A DNA stretch of 64,000 nucleotides from Thermoplasmata archaeon (GTDB lineage Archaea > Thermoplasmatota > Thermoplasmata > GCA-020350865). A program made the translations under genes and the position numbers. Under the pieces are notes generated by a model. It was not told the origin of the DNA. It saw only the letters and a list, made by a program, of their open reading frames with translations, and searched no databases. The DNA lies in assembly GCA_020348445.1 (NCBI GenBank), contig CP070751.1, forward strand, positions 484,594 to 548,593, read 5' to 3'. Shown piece by piece: positions 26,173 through 36,293 of this stretch (position 1 is the stretch's first letter; each line of letters starts with the position of its first letter).

Positions 26173-29100
26173 TTATTCGGGCTCATCTTCAAGGACCTTT
26201 ACGAAATCGTCTGTAAAGTCGTCATCCTCTTCTTCTCCTTCAGACTCCTCGCTTTCATCACCCTCTTCGTTCTCCTCCTCTTCCTCATCAACCCCTTCAA
26301 ATTCGGCCCCGCATTCTGGGCATTCGGATACCATCTCAGAGAATTCGGTTCCGCAAGCTGGGCATTCAAATCCCTCCTCCTCTTCCTCTCCCTCGCCTTC
26401 CTTAATCCCTCCAGTTTCACCATCCCCTTTACCTTCATCAAAGTCCTCGATCTCACCCTCCTTTAAATCCTCTTCTTCTCCTTCTTCTTCCTCCTCTTCA
26501 AGCGATTTCTCTGTTTCCTCCTCCTGCTTCTTTCTTCTTTTATAAATCACATAGATAACCACAAGCAGTACTATGGCAATCACAACAAATATCCAAATTA
26601 ATAGTGCATCCCACGAAGTGGGTTCTGTGACAGAAGGCTCCTCTATTTCGGTGGTAAACTCCCAACTATAATTCACACCCAATTGATTTCCTGCCTCATC
26701 CGTCGCAGTGCTCATAATTGTCACGTTATAAGTCGTATTCAATGCAAATTTGTCGGTGGGTGTAAATACAAGGGTATCTGTTTCGAAATAAATTGTCCCA
26801 GACACGTAGGGTTCTATTACAAATGCAAGATACAAACTGTTTATACTCATGGCTTCACTGAATTTCACAGTAATAACTGAATCAACAGACACATCCACAC
26901 CTGTGGGTGCAACCTCAATAATGTAAGGTGGGTATGGATCAATTACTGTTTCAAACGAGAACTGATAGGGAGACTGCAGAGAGTTACCTGCCAGGTCTTT
27001 GGCTGAAGAACCCATGGTTATGGTATAGATGGTATCGGTACTCAGATTCTGTGGTGTGAAGATCAAGTTGTTACCATTCCATGAAAATACACCATCTATA
27101 AATGGAGAAATGGAAAATGCATCCTCGCAAGAAGAGTGCTGCATGGCCTCGCTGAAGGAGATCGTTATTTTGGAGTTTATATCGACTCCCACTCCACTTG
27201 GGCTGTGTCCAATAACCTCTGGAGGATAGGTATCAGGCTCTGTTGTGAAGTTGAACTCGAATGGGAATTCCAACACATTACCCGAGATGTCCTTTGCCTC
27301 GCTACCTATAAAGACAAAGTAGTTGGTACCGAATTCAAGGTAGGATTCGGGTGTGAAAGTCAGGGTGTTTTCTGTCCAGCTAAAGGAACCGTTGGCAAAA
27401 GGAACTATGACAATCGCCGATTTGGTGGATGTAACATTCATTTGCTCGCTGAAGGTTACGGTTATGGTAGAATCGACCATGATGTTGTTGCCTGAAGGCG
27501 AGCTCGCAATTACTGCTGGAGGTGTTATATCGCCGTGCGTTGTAAAAGACCATAGAAAATCACCTGCAATGGCGTTGCCTAGGATGTCCCTTGCCACAGT
27601 GGAAATCGTGACTGTATATTGGGTATCTAGAATAAAGGAGGCATTTGGTATGAATGTCATTGTATTTTCAGTCCATGTAAAAAAGCCGTCATTAAATCCG
27701 AAGGCCCTTTGGCCATCACTATAAGTGAAGGCTGCCTCGCAACTGAACTCGTTCATGGTCTCTGAAAACTCCACCACTATAATCTCGTTCAAACCAATGT
27801 TCTGGGCATTCTCTTCGGGATAGACACTCATGATATAAGGGAGCTCTGTGTCAGGCATACTTCTTGTTTCAAAATTCCATGTATAGATATCACTGGGTCC
27901 TTCGTAAATCCCATCACCGTCTCCGTCCAATGGATTTAGGACATTGTCAGTTGCACTTGTGTTTATCGTCACTGTCAAGGATGCTTCATAAGGGAAGCTC
28001 TCGTACGGATAGAACATCATTATATTGCCGTTCCAATTGAAGAAGCCGTGCCTAAAGTCCCAAATCTGGCTGCCATCTGTTATACTGAAAGCGTATCTTA
28101 CTGAGTCGTGATTTAATACTTCACTGAAAATCACCTGAATAGGTGAGTCTATGGAGTTACCCGAGCCCGTGGGTGAGGTGTATTTTATTGTGGGTGACAT
28201 GCTGTCTAGAATCACAGTTTCCTCCTTCCAATTCTCTGTGTTACCAAGATTGTCTTCTGACCAAAATCTGATAGTGTATTGGCCGTCACCACCCAATTGC
28301 GAGACGTTGAAAGGCTGGGAATAAGGACTTGAAGATACAACCTGGATGTTGGTATCGTTCCAGATTGAGTAGTATATGTCCAACACACCGCTTCCTTTTC
28401 CATCTTCTCCATGCAGGGAAAACAATGTATCTTCTGAAACTGTCCATAAATCTGTCTGTCTTCTTTTATATTTAGGATCTCCTATACTTAAGTATGACTC
28501 TGGAGCGGTGTTATCCAGGTATACTGTAAGGTATTTAACAGGACCAATATTGGAAAGGTAGTCAACTCCATAGTACTCTATGGTATAGAATCCATCTGAT
28601 AAATTTAAAGAAAAAGAGGGTGTGGGCAGCCAGCCTGTATAATAGAATCCAGAATCGTTGCCATATATTCGATGCATAACTTTCTCAATACCACTTCCTT
28701 TCCCATCGAAATCCTCGAAAAAAAGCGTGTCAGAGCCTGATGTGATTTTCACATTGTCCACGAACCAGTACCACTCGTTGTAGGCCCGATACCGCCATCT
28801 CACCTGCATGGTGTTGGCACCGATTGGCACAGTGATCGCATGTGCTTTGGTACCAGAGTTATCTGATTGGCTATAGGTGTAGACAGTCGTCCAAGAGCCT
28901 CCGTCAAAGGACACATCAACATCTCCATAATCCACTGTGGCAGTGGTATAGTCGTTATAGTAGGTGTCGTACTCCAAGATCACTGAACTGTAACCCGAAA
29001 CATCGATTGACGGTGTTATAAGCTCCTCGTCCTGGTTCTCTAGTGGGAAGCTGTAGACACGAGCTGCGTACGTATTTGTTCCGCTAGGATAGCTTGAGGA

Positions 29101-32100
29101 ATAGTAGTACCTGTGCCAGTCGTTGTTGTCCCAGACTGAAGATGACGGGTTACCATGGTCATCAATGGTCCACCCAAAAGGTGGATTGTCACCAAAAGGG
29201 CCCCATAAGTCGTCGATATCATTTTTGATGAACATGGTTGAGTTGGTTACGTTCCAAGTGTCAGATTGGATCTCTCTGTATGCCGGGCTATCAATGGTCA
29301 AGTTTGCATCCAGTCCAGTGTTATCAAGAAATACCATTTCAGTCTTATCTTCCTCAATGATTCCGAGGTTGTCGATGCCCCGATATTTAATAAAATAGTA
29401 ACCATCATTCAAAGCGGTGGTTAGATAAAACTCATTAGAGTATGTGAGCCAGCCTGTATCGAATGTTGAGTTGCTGATGCCGTATTCCATAAACGCAAGA
29501 CCAGAACCGATATCATACAAATGATTTAAAGTAATAGATGTGGAGGATGTAATATTCCAAATGTCACCACCACCAGTTTTAATTCTTGGCTCTCCCAAAA
29601 TCAATTCTGTCTTAGGAGACTCGTTATCTAAAAAGACCTCCAGGCTTTTTGTTTCTGAGTTTCCAAGGTTATCAACACCTCTGTATTCAATCAAATAAAG
29701 ACCACTATTTAGACCTGATAGATTGAAATCATTTGAAAAGGAAATCCAGCCACTATCATAAGACGCATTAAAGATCCTGTACTCCAATGATGAAATACCA
29801 GAGCCAGCACCATCATCTCCAGTTATGTTCATTGGTGTTGCCGAGGTTACATTATAGTAATCTGAAAGAAACTCCTTGTATTTGTCGTCCCCGATATCAA
29901 GGTGAATTATGGGTTGAGTATCATCCACATAGACTATTAAAAATCCGCTTTTCATGTTGCTGAGATGGTCCCAAGCTCTGTATTTGATTGTGTAGTTGCC
30001 ATCTTCCTGCATAAAGGAAGAGGCGATATCAAAGGAGGGGCCAGTTATCCAAGATGACGAAATTCCACCATCCATGTACGATATCTTAAATTCTATTTTG
30101 GAAAGGTTCACACCACTTCCCATTTCTTCAATGATACTGAGGGTAAAAGGTGTTGAGGATGTCACGAACCAATCATAGGTCGTGTGGGGATACTTTGGAT
30201 CACCTGCGGTTAAGGTTAAGTTGGGTCCTATATTATCCAGGTATATTGTTAGGTTTTGAACAGACTCTTGCTGTCCGATATTATCTGTGCTGTAAAACAA
30301 TATCTTGTAATATCCATCACCCCATAAAGGATCATCCAAAAAGTATGGAATGCCCGAGAAAATTGGAATCCATCCTGTAACATTGTTGCCTGTGCTTACA
30401 TTCACGATCTTATAATAAATCAAATTCACGCCTGAAGCATTCTGAATTGGGGAATAGTAACTTTCTCCAAAAGGAAGATCCTTAGCATAAAGGCATATCG
30501 GGGTAGTGGATGTGATGTTGAGGATATCAAAAGGAGAGGTAGAGTGCGAAGGATCACCAATGTCAATATCAGTTTGGGGCGGGGTTTCATCTATGATGAT
30601 TATCCTTGATCTCGTGGTTTCATTTTTACCCAAGATATCTGTGCTGTTGTATTCTATTTTGTATGTGCCTTCAGCAAGAATCAAGGTGATATTGGCTCCC
30701 TTTTGGGTGTAGTTTGTCCAGCCCTCCACTTCTGATCCATCTGAAAGATCGATTATTCGATACCATGTGTAAAATGGGGGATTAATTCCAGCGACACTGA
30801 GATTTAGCCGGGATGTGGAATTTACATAAATTGCAGGTCCAAAGTAAGAAGGCCCAAGAGCTAAAAGAGTTGTAACAGGATAGTCTGTGATATTCAATAT
30901 GATGGTAAAAGTATTGTTATAATCATTGAATTCTGTGACTCTGTTTCCCATGTCGATTGTGATGTTGATGTACCATAATCCAATTATCCCCGGATTTACC
31001 CAAAGGGCATATATGGTCTGCCCTACATCTGATGTGCGATCCCCAAGATATCCAAAACCAGTGAGATTCACTGCATCTTGGAGTGTTTGAAAGAATGGAG
31101 TGGCATTTGCAGGTCCACCCTGGGAACTTATATTGTAGAAGGTAACATTTGTTCCAAGAATTTGACCTATTCCTCCCAAGTTAATCACATCAAAGGTGAT
31201 ATTGATATTGGTTCCCAAAGGTAGGGGTATCTCCTCTGTAACATAGCCTGCTGCAAAAGGGTCCTCGTAAAGATATGCACCCTCTTCCCCGATAGGTTTT
31301 ATTACTATTTTGTCAGGTGTGAGATCAGGTGCATCGACCCTAATATATAGGATATAGTAATTATTGTCCTCGTTTTCCTCGGAAACGTTATTTTCACTGT
31401 CAATTGATATGTTGATGTAGTAATCAGTGGATTCACTTGAATATGGGGCCTGCCAAAGACCGTAATAATCAGATGTAAATCCATTTGAGCCCAGAGGCCC
31501 TAGCAAATCCCAATAGGCGAACTGCGGTTCTTTATTTTCCCCTGTGGATGTGGAATTGTAATATGCAATACTGAATTGAACTACCCCTGTGCCGGATTCC
31601 CCGATATTTGAGGCATTTGCTCCGATGTCTATGATCTGACCTGGCAGGAGAGTAGGGATTCCATTTGGATAAGATGATAAAGGTTGACCATCCACTGTGA
31701 TGTTATTGGGAACAATATCAGGAGAAATAGAGAAGGTCAGAACCCAGTAGTTATTATTCTCATGAATTTCCCGGCATTGATCTGATATGTCAAAGTAAAT
31801 GACAACATAATATAATCCATACCCCAAAGGGGCATTCCAAAAAGCGGATATTGAACCGCTATCGTCACTGGGTTCTCCAAAGGAGGATAAAGCTGAAACA
31901 GAAACATTGAAATAGGGCTGCTTAACAAATGAACCATCCCTGGTACCGTTATAAAGAGCAAGATAAAAATCACTTCCTGTTCCCGAGAATCCGAGGTTTG
32001 TTGCATTCACTTTTATTGTAACATTTTCTCCTAAATCCACATGTATAGGGTGAGAGGGAGAGCGAAACACGTTTTCACCATTCACAACCACTGAATTTGG

Positions 32101-35100
32101 AACTATGTCAGGTCCGATTGTAAAATGGAGCACAAACTTATTATTTTCTTCATTTTGTTCTGGAAGGGCATCATCAGGATCAATGATTATTACGATATAA
32201 AAATCTCCAGCTGAATTTGGAGGAAGCCACTCTCCGATAATCTCCCCTGAATCCTCGCCAGAAAGAAGCCCGGAAAGTGTGGTTGTATAAAACGGTCCTC
32301 CCAGGGGGGTTCCCCTTGGAGTTGAATTGAAGAATGATATATTGTAAGATAAGGAGTCATCAACCCCAGATAAACCAAGGTTCGTTGCATTTGCACTTAT
32401 TGTGACTGGATCATTTGCTGTAGCGTTCCAGGAAATGCCGGGATCATTTGCATCGTTTCCATCAACACGAACCTCAGATATTGCATAATCAGGGGAGAAA
32501 GCCAGATGCAACACAAAGACATTGTTTCCCTCGTCTATCTCGGTTGTTGTCTCGTTGTAATCGATTATAATCGCTATATAGAAATCCCTATTTTCATTGG
32601 GCACATACCAAAACGCCGTCTGAGTAACGGAAGATTCACCTGCACCAAGACCCGGTAATCCATAAATCATCTGAATCGGGTTTGAGCCTATTAAATCCCC
32701 CTCACTTGTGGAGTTCCAAATTGCTATGCTATAGGTGATATTTGAAGAGACTCCGGAAAAACCCGTGTTTTTTGCCACTACACCTATTTCAACTGGTATC
32801 CCCAAATCCACATACCAGATAATGCTGGAATTTGATGCATCCATTCCATCCACGGTAATGTTTGCTGGAACATAGTCAGGGCCTATTGCGAAGTGTAGAA
32901 CAAAGGAATTATTATCCTCGTCCACCTCCAAGATCTCGTTTCCCCAATCCACGATAATCTCCACAAAATGATCCCCAAGCAATGTAGGTGCCCGCCAAGA
33001 AAATAAAACCGTGCCCGAGTCTTGATATTGTCCCAAGGGAGCTATGGTCAAATTCAAGGGATTGCCAAAACCCGTGAGATTATAAAGACTTACATTAAAT
33101 GAAATACCCGAAGAAAAGTAGCCTATGTTCGTTATGTTCACTCCGATGAGCACCAAATCCCCTGAATCGGCGTACCATATCTTAGATTGATCAAGAGCGT
33201 CTTCACCGTCTATGCTTAAATATGATATTATAAGTTCTGCAGGGGCCTCTGTTTCGAAAGTCCATGAATAAGCATCGTCTTCATAGCCATCAGGATCGCC
33301 GTTTTCGTTGCCGTCCAGTTGCTCGCCAAATATGTTCTTTGCAGTGATATTTATTCTCACTTCATAAAGAGTACCGTATTTCAAATCAAATTCAGGGAGA
33401 AAGTATGTCCTGTTATCCTCCCAAATGAAGCTTCCGTCATCTTTGTCCCATATGGTTACACCATCAGTGATGGTAAATGACTCCAATACAGAACTCTGAT
33501 TCATCTCTTGGCTGAAGTTTATCTCAATCTCGGCATCAATATCAACATCGGTTCCCGAAGGCAGGGCCTCGTGTACTACAGGAAGTCCTATTTCTGGATC
33601 GTAGATGGTCTTAAATGTCCATGTATAATCATCTATTGGGGAGCCTTCACCTGCACCGTTTGCATTTCCATCCAATGTGTTGTCATGCCAATCAAAGGCA
33701 GTGCCCTTTAAGGTTACCGTGTAAAACTGGCTATAATTGAAGGGGGAGGACGGAATAAAGGTCATGATATAAGAGCTCCTTCCCCACGATCCATCTGCTG
33801 AGGTCCAGGTTATGGTACCATTTGTATAACTGAAAGCATCCTCCACAGAAGTTTTGTTCATGAGCTCGCTAAAGTAAATTTTGATGGGAGAATCTATATC
33901 CACCATGTTTCCTGTTGGTTGGACATTTAAAATCGAAGGGGGAGTGATATCGTATCTTGTGGTTGTAAATGACCATGAGTAATCATCTGTGGGTGAACCT
34001 TCTGCCAGCCCGTTTGCGTTGCCGTCCAAGGTATAACCAACTATGTCCTGTGCAATATTCCCGTTGATTGTGACTGTATATTCAGTCAAATCCAAAAACT
34101 CCCATTTGGGATGAAAATAAAGCGTATTGTTATCCCATGAAAATTCACCAGGTATCTCGGGATATAAGGAAAATGCAGATTCTGCGTCCTCTCGAATCAT
34201 TGTCTCGCTGAATGTGATATTTATCGCGGAGGTGTTCGTGAGAACTGCAAATCCTGTAGGAAAAACCCCTGTTATCTGAGGTGGTGTCGTATCAGAAGGA
34301 TTTTCAGTATAGAATACCAGGATGAAGGGATTTTTAAGACTCCTACCAGATCCACCAGTCGCATTTGTTTTAACTGTGACCGAATAAAACCCACCCGTAA
34401 GAAGGTCGCTTGTAAAGGTTATGATAAGCCTCTTGTTTGAGTTTTGCCAGTCATATGAAAGAATCGGGATAAAAGGTTCAACAGTGATGTTGCCTTCAAA
34501 AGTCCCTTTAATCGCGCTCTCAGAAAGGTCAAAGGTTACAGTGGTATCCACTGCAACTAATATGGATCTATTTACAGGCGTAGAGCTCATAATTTTAAAT
34601 ATTGTGTTGTTGAAATCAACCAAAGGATATCTGTCCACTCCATTGATTTGTATGGGATAAGGCTCGTCTCCTATCCCGTTCGCATCAAGATCAATACCAT
34701 CGTAATCTCCCCAGTAGTTGCCCTCTGCGCCGTCATCCCACTGATTTTGGGAGTTGGAACTGTACGAATAGTATGTATGTCCTTTTACGGTGTTGTGGTG
34801 AATTAAATTGTCATAAGAGGGGCCTAGCAAGAAGATGCCGTAGTAATTATTGTAAAGCTCGTTTTCGGAAATCACACCATTTTTCGTACCCACATACGAA
34901 ATTCCATAAAATTTGTTGGTGGAGATGTTGTTGGAAATTACATTTATATCCTCACACTGCTGTGCTGAAATGGCAATATCATTTGAAAATATATGGCTGT
35001 TTTCCACTGTAGTATTGTGAGAGAACCTCACCGCAATTCCATACAAATTATTTGAAATATTGGCATCTCTTACAATAATAAAGGAGGACCCAATTTTAGA

Positions 35101-36156
35101 CTCATCATCCCATGATATGTATATCCCATAGTCGCCTGTGGAATATATATCAAGGTTTTCAAGAGTGCAATAAGAGGAATCCAACAAAGTCAATCCAGTT
35201 TGATCATTAGTGTAAATTTGGCTATTTTCTACTGTAATCGAGGATGAGTTTGACATGTATATGCCGTTTTCATTATCATAGAAAATGCAATTTTTTATGC
35301 CACCAAAGGTGCAATCAAGCATGTACATTCCATCTTCACCATTTGAAAAAATCTCACAGTTCTCAAAGATGATGTTTTTAGAAAATCTCATGGTGACACC
35401 CAGGTTCGAATTCTGATATATGTCAGAATTTATTATGGTAACATATGAGGATTGAAGGATGTGTATCCCGTTAAGCTCATTGGAAAAAGAATCAGAATCG
35501 AATATGTTTATCTCCGATGAATTGGAGATTGAAATACCCTGAAAAGAGTTGGAATTGATGGCGCAGTTAATAATGTCAGCATTGGAAGAACCATAGAAAT
35601 ATATGCCGCTGAATCCATTTTGCCCAATATTTGAGTTTTTAATCTGAGTATTGGATGAATAGGTGGAATATATTCCGTATCTTAGATTCTGTGAAATTGT
35701 GGTATTCTCAACTAGGTTATCACTTGCTTGGTGGATGTAAATGGCGTAATTCCCGTAAAGTACATCACAGTAGTTCATACGTAGGTGGCCTGTTGAGTTT
35801 ATTCTAATAGAATCCCAATCGCCAGAAGAAGGATTCCCAGAATTTGATGTGAATGTTATATGATTTGCATCATTGCCAAGGGCGGTTAGGTCACCTTCTA
35901 TGTAGAGATTGTATTTTCCATTGAACTTTACCTCAACACCCGGTTCTATTTCAAGGGTGATCCCAGAATCAACAATAACATCACCGTTAATGATGTATGG
36001 ACTGCCTGATACTCCCCAGGTAGTAGTTGTTGAGATATGGCCCCCTGGGATTTCTGTTCCACTTGTATCCTTCCCAAAAAAGATCAACAAATCGAAGGTG
36101 CATACAAATAATGTCGTCACCAGGATTATCGAGAGCGATTTTCTGAGCAGGGTCAT
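26173..36156 (-). CDS. 3327-aa membrane-anchored surface protein: right-handed beta-helix (NosD-like), Big_5-type Ig domains, CARDB repeats, OmpL47-type Ig repeats, jelly-roll adhesin insert, TM helix, acidic tail with zinc ribbon
   Basis: Signal peptide, then GGHISTTTTWG..SPY and N..GIY beta-helix repeats. P.V....P.G..V..FSE.M Ig repeats; IDP.N.I.E..E.NN CARDB motifs; TM LLIWIFVVIAIVLLVVIYVIY-KRRKK; CPACG..CPECG. Confidence 0.92.
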   Translation of the reverse strand: MTLLRKSLSIILVTTLFVCTFDLLIFFGKDTSGTEIPGGHISTTTTWGVSGSPYIINGDVIVDSGITLEIEPGVEVKFNGKYNLYIEGDLTALGNDANHITFTSNSGNPSSGDWDSIRINSTGHLRMNYCDVLYGNYAIYIHQASDNLVENTTISQNLRYGIYSTYSSNTQIKNSNIGQNGFSGIYFYGSSNADIINCAINSNSFQGISISNSSEINIFDSDSFSNELNGIHILQSSYVTIINSDIYQNSNLGVTMRFSKNIIFENCEIFSNGEDGMYMLDCTFGGIKNCIFYDNENGIYMSNSSSITVENSQIYTNDQTGLTLLDSSYCTLENLDIYSTGDYGIYISWDDESKIGSSFIIVRDANISNNLYGIAVRFSHNTTVENSHIFSNDIAISAQQCEDINVISNNISTNKFYGISYVGTKNGVISENELYNNYYGIFLLGPSYDNLIHHNTVKGHTYYSYSSNSQNQWDDGAEGNYWGDYDGIDLDANGIGDEPYPIQINGVDRYPLVDFNNTIFKIMSSTPVNRSILVAVDTTVTFDLSESAIKGTFEGNITVEPFIPILSYDWQNSNKRLIITFTSDLLTGGFYSVTVKTNATGGSGRSLKNPFILVFYTENPSDTTPPQITGVFPTGFAVLTNTSAINITFSETMIREDAESAFSLYPEIPGEFSWDNNTLYFHPKWEFLDLTEYTVTINGNIAQDIVGYTLDGNANGLAEGSPTDDYSWSFTTTRYDITPPSILNVQPTGNMVDIDSPIKIYFSELMNKTSVEDAFSYTNGTITWTSADGSWGRSSYIMTFIPSSPFNYSQFYTVTLKGTAFDWHDNTLDGNANGAGEGSPIDDYTWTFKTIYDPEIGLPVVHEALPSGTDVDIDAEIEINFSQEMNQSSVLESFTITDGVTIWDKDDGSFIWEDNRTYFLPEFDLKYGTLYEVRINITAKNIFGEQLDGNENGDPDGYEDDAYSWTFETEAPAELIISYLSIDGEDALDQSKIWYADSGDLVLIGVNITNIGYFSSGISFNVSLYNLTGFGNPLNLTIAPLGQYQDSGTVLFSWRAPTLLGDHFVEIIVDWGNEILEVDEDNNSFVLHFAIGPDYVPANITVDGMDASNSSIIWYVDLGIPVEIGVVAKNTGFSGVSSNITYSIAIWNSTSEGDLIGSNPIQMIYGLPGLGAGESSVTQTAFWYVPNENRDFYIAIIIDYNETTTEIDEGNNVFVLHLAFSPDYAISEVRVDGNDANDPGISWNATANDPVTISANATNLGLSGVDDSLSYNISFFNSTPRGTPLGGPFYTTTLSGLLSGEDSGEIIGEWLPPNSAGDFYIVIIIDPDDALPEQNEENNKFVLHFTIGPDIVPNSVVVNGENVFRSPSHPIHVDLGENVTIKVNATNLGFSGTGSDFYLALYNGTRDGSFVKQPYFNVSVSALSSFGEPSDDSGSISAFWNAPLGYGLYYVVIYFDISDQCREIHENNNYWVLTFSISPDIVPNNITVDGQPLSSYPNGIPTLLPGQIIDIGANASNIGESGTGVVQFSIAYYNSTSTGENKEPQFAYWDLLGPLGSNGFTSDYYGLWQAPYSSESTDYYINISIDSENNVSEENEDNNYYILYIRVDAPDLTPDKIVIKPIGEEGAYLYEDPFAAGYVTEEIPLPLGTNINITFDVINLGGIGQILGTNVTFYNISSQGGPANATPFFQTLQDAVNLTGFGYLGDRTSDVGQTIYALWVNPGIIGLWYINITIDMGNRVTEFNDYNNTFTIILNITDYPVTTLLALGPSYFGPAIYVNSTSRLNLSVAGINPPFYTWYRIIDLSDGSEVEGWTNYTQKGANITLILAEGTYKIEYNSTDILGKNETTRSRIIIIDETPPQTDIDIGDPSHSTSPFDILNITSTTPICLYAKDLPFGESYYSPIQNASGVNLIYYKIVNVSTGNNVTGWIPIFSGIPYFLDDPLWGDGYYKILFYSTDNIGQQESVQNLTIYLDNIGPNLTLTAGDPKYPHTTYDWFVTSSTPFTLSIIEEMGSGVNLSKIEFKISYMDGGISSSWITGPSFDIASSFMQEDGNYTIKYRAWDHLSNMKSGFLIVYVDDTQPIIHLDIGDDKYKEFLSDYYNVTSATPMNITGDDGAGSGISSLEYRIFNASYDSGWISFSNDFNLSGLNSGLYLIEYRGVDNLGNSETKSLEVFLDNESPKTELILGEPRIKTGGGDIWNITSSTSITLNHLYDIGSGLAFMEYGISNSTFDTGWLTYSNEFYLTTALNDGYYFIKYRGIDNLGIIEEDKTEMVFLDNTGLDANLTIDSPAYREIQSDTWNVTNSTMFIKNDIDDLWGPFGDNPPFGWTIDDHGNPSSSVWDNNDWHRYYYSSSYPSGTNTYAARVYSFPLENQDEELITPSIDVSGYSSVILEYDTYYNDYTTATVDYGDVDVSFDGGSWTTVYTYSQSDNSGTKAHAITVPIGANTMQVRWRYRAYNEWYWFVDNVKITSGSDTLFFEDFDGKGSGIEKVMHRIYGNDSGFYYTGWLPTPSFSLNLSDGFYTIEYYGVDYLSNIGPVKYLTVYLDNTAPESYLSIGDPKYKRRQTDLWTVSEDTLFSLHGEDGKGSGVLDIYYSIWNDTNIQVVSSSPYSQPFNVSQLGGDGQYTIRFWSEDNLGNTENWKEETVILDSMSPTIKYTSPTGSGNSIDSPIQVIFSEVLNHDSVRYAFSITDGSQIWDFRHGFFNWNGNIMMFYPYESFPYEASLTVTINTSATDNVLNPLDGDGDGIYEGPSDIYTWNFETRSMPDTELPYIMSVYPEENAQNIGLNEIIVVEFSETMNEFSCEAAFTYSDGQRAFGFNDGFFTWTENTMTFIPNASFILDTQYTVTISTVARDILGNAIAGDFLWSFTTHGDITPPAVIASSPSGNNIMVDSTITVTFSEQMNVTSTKSAIVIVPFANGSFSWTENTLTFTPESYLEFGTNYFVFIGSEAKDISGNVLEFPFEFNFTTEPDTYPPEVIGHSPSGVGVDINSKITISFSEAMQHSSCEDAFSISPFIDGVFSWNGNNLIFTPQNLSTDTIYTITMGSSAKDLAGNSLQSPYQFSFETVIDPYPPYIIEVAPTGVDVSVDSVITVKFSEAMSINSLYLAFVIEPYVSGTIYFETDTLVFTPTDKFALNTTYNVTIMSTATDEAGNQLGVNYSWEFTTEIEEPSVTEPTSWDALLIWIFVVIAIVLLVVIYVIYKRRKKQEEETEKSLEEEEEEGEEEDLKEGEIEDFDEGKGDGETGGIKEGEGEEEEEGFECPACGTEFSEMVSECPECGAEFEGVDEEEEENEEGDESEESEGEEEDDDFTDDFVKVLEDEPE

Positions 36157-36255
36157 CCTCCCCTTAAGATGTATACATTACGCTTTTCTTTTAAATAGAT
36201 TTTGTCGTGGGTATGAATTTTATTAATAGAGGTTAAATATAGTGTTCACTATATT

Positions 36256-36282
36256 ATAAAAAAAATAAAAAAAATAAAAAAA
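36256..36282 (-). terminator. U-rich archaeal terminator candidate for the 36294-37439 gene
   Basis: Long A tracts on + (T tracts on -) immediately downstream of the stop. Confidence 0.5.
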
Positions 36283-36293
36283 GGGTTTTGGTA

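Noticed and set aside
26164-26466. Overlapping ORFs 26164-26466 (+) and 26199-26456 (-)
   Set aside because: By-products of the low-complexity GAA/GAG acidic tail.
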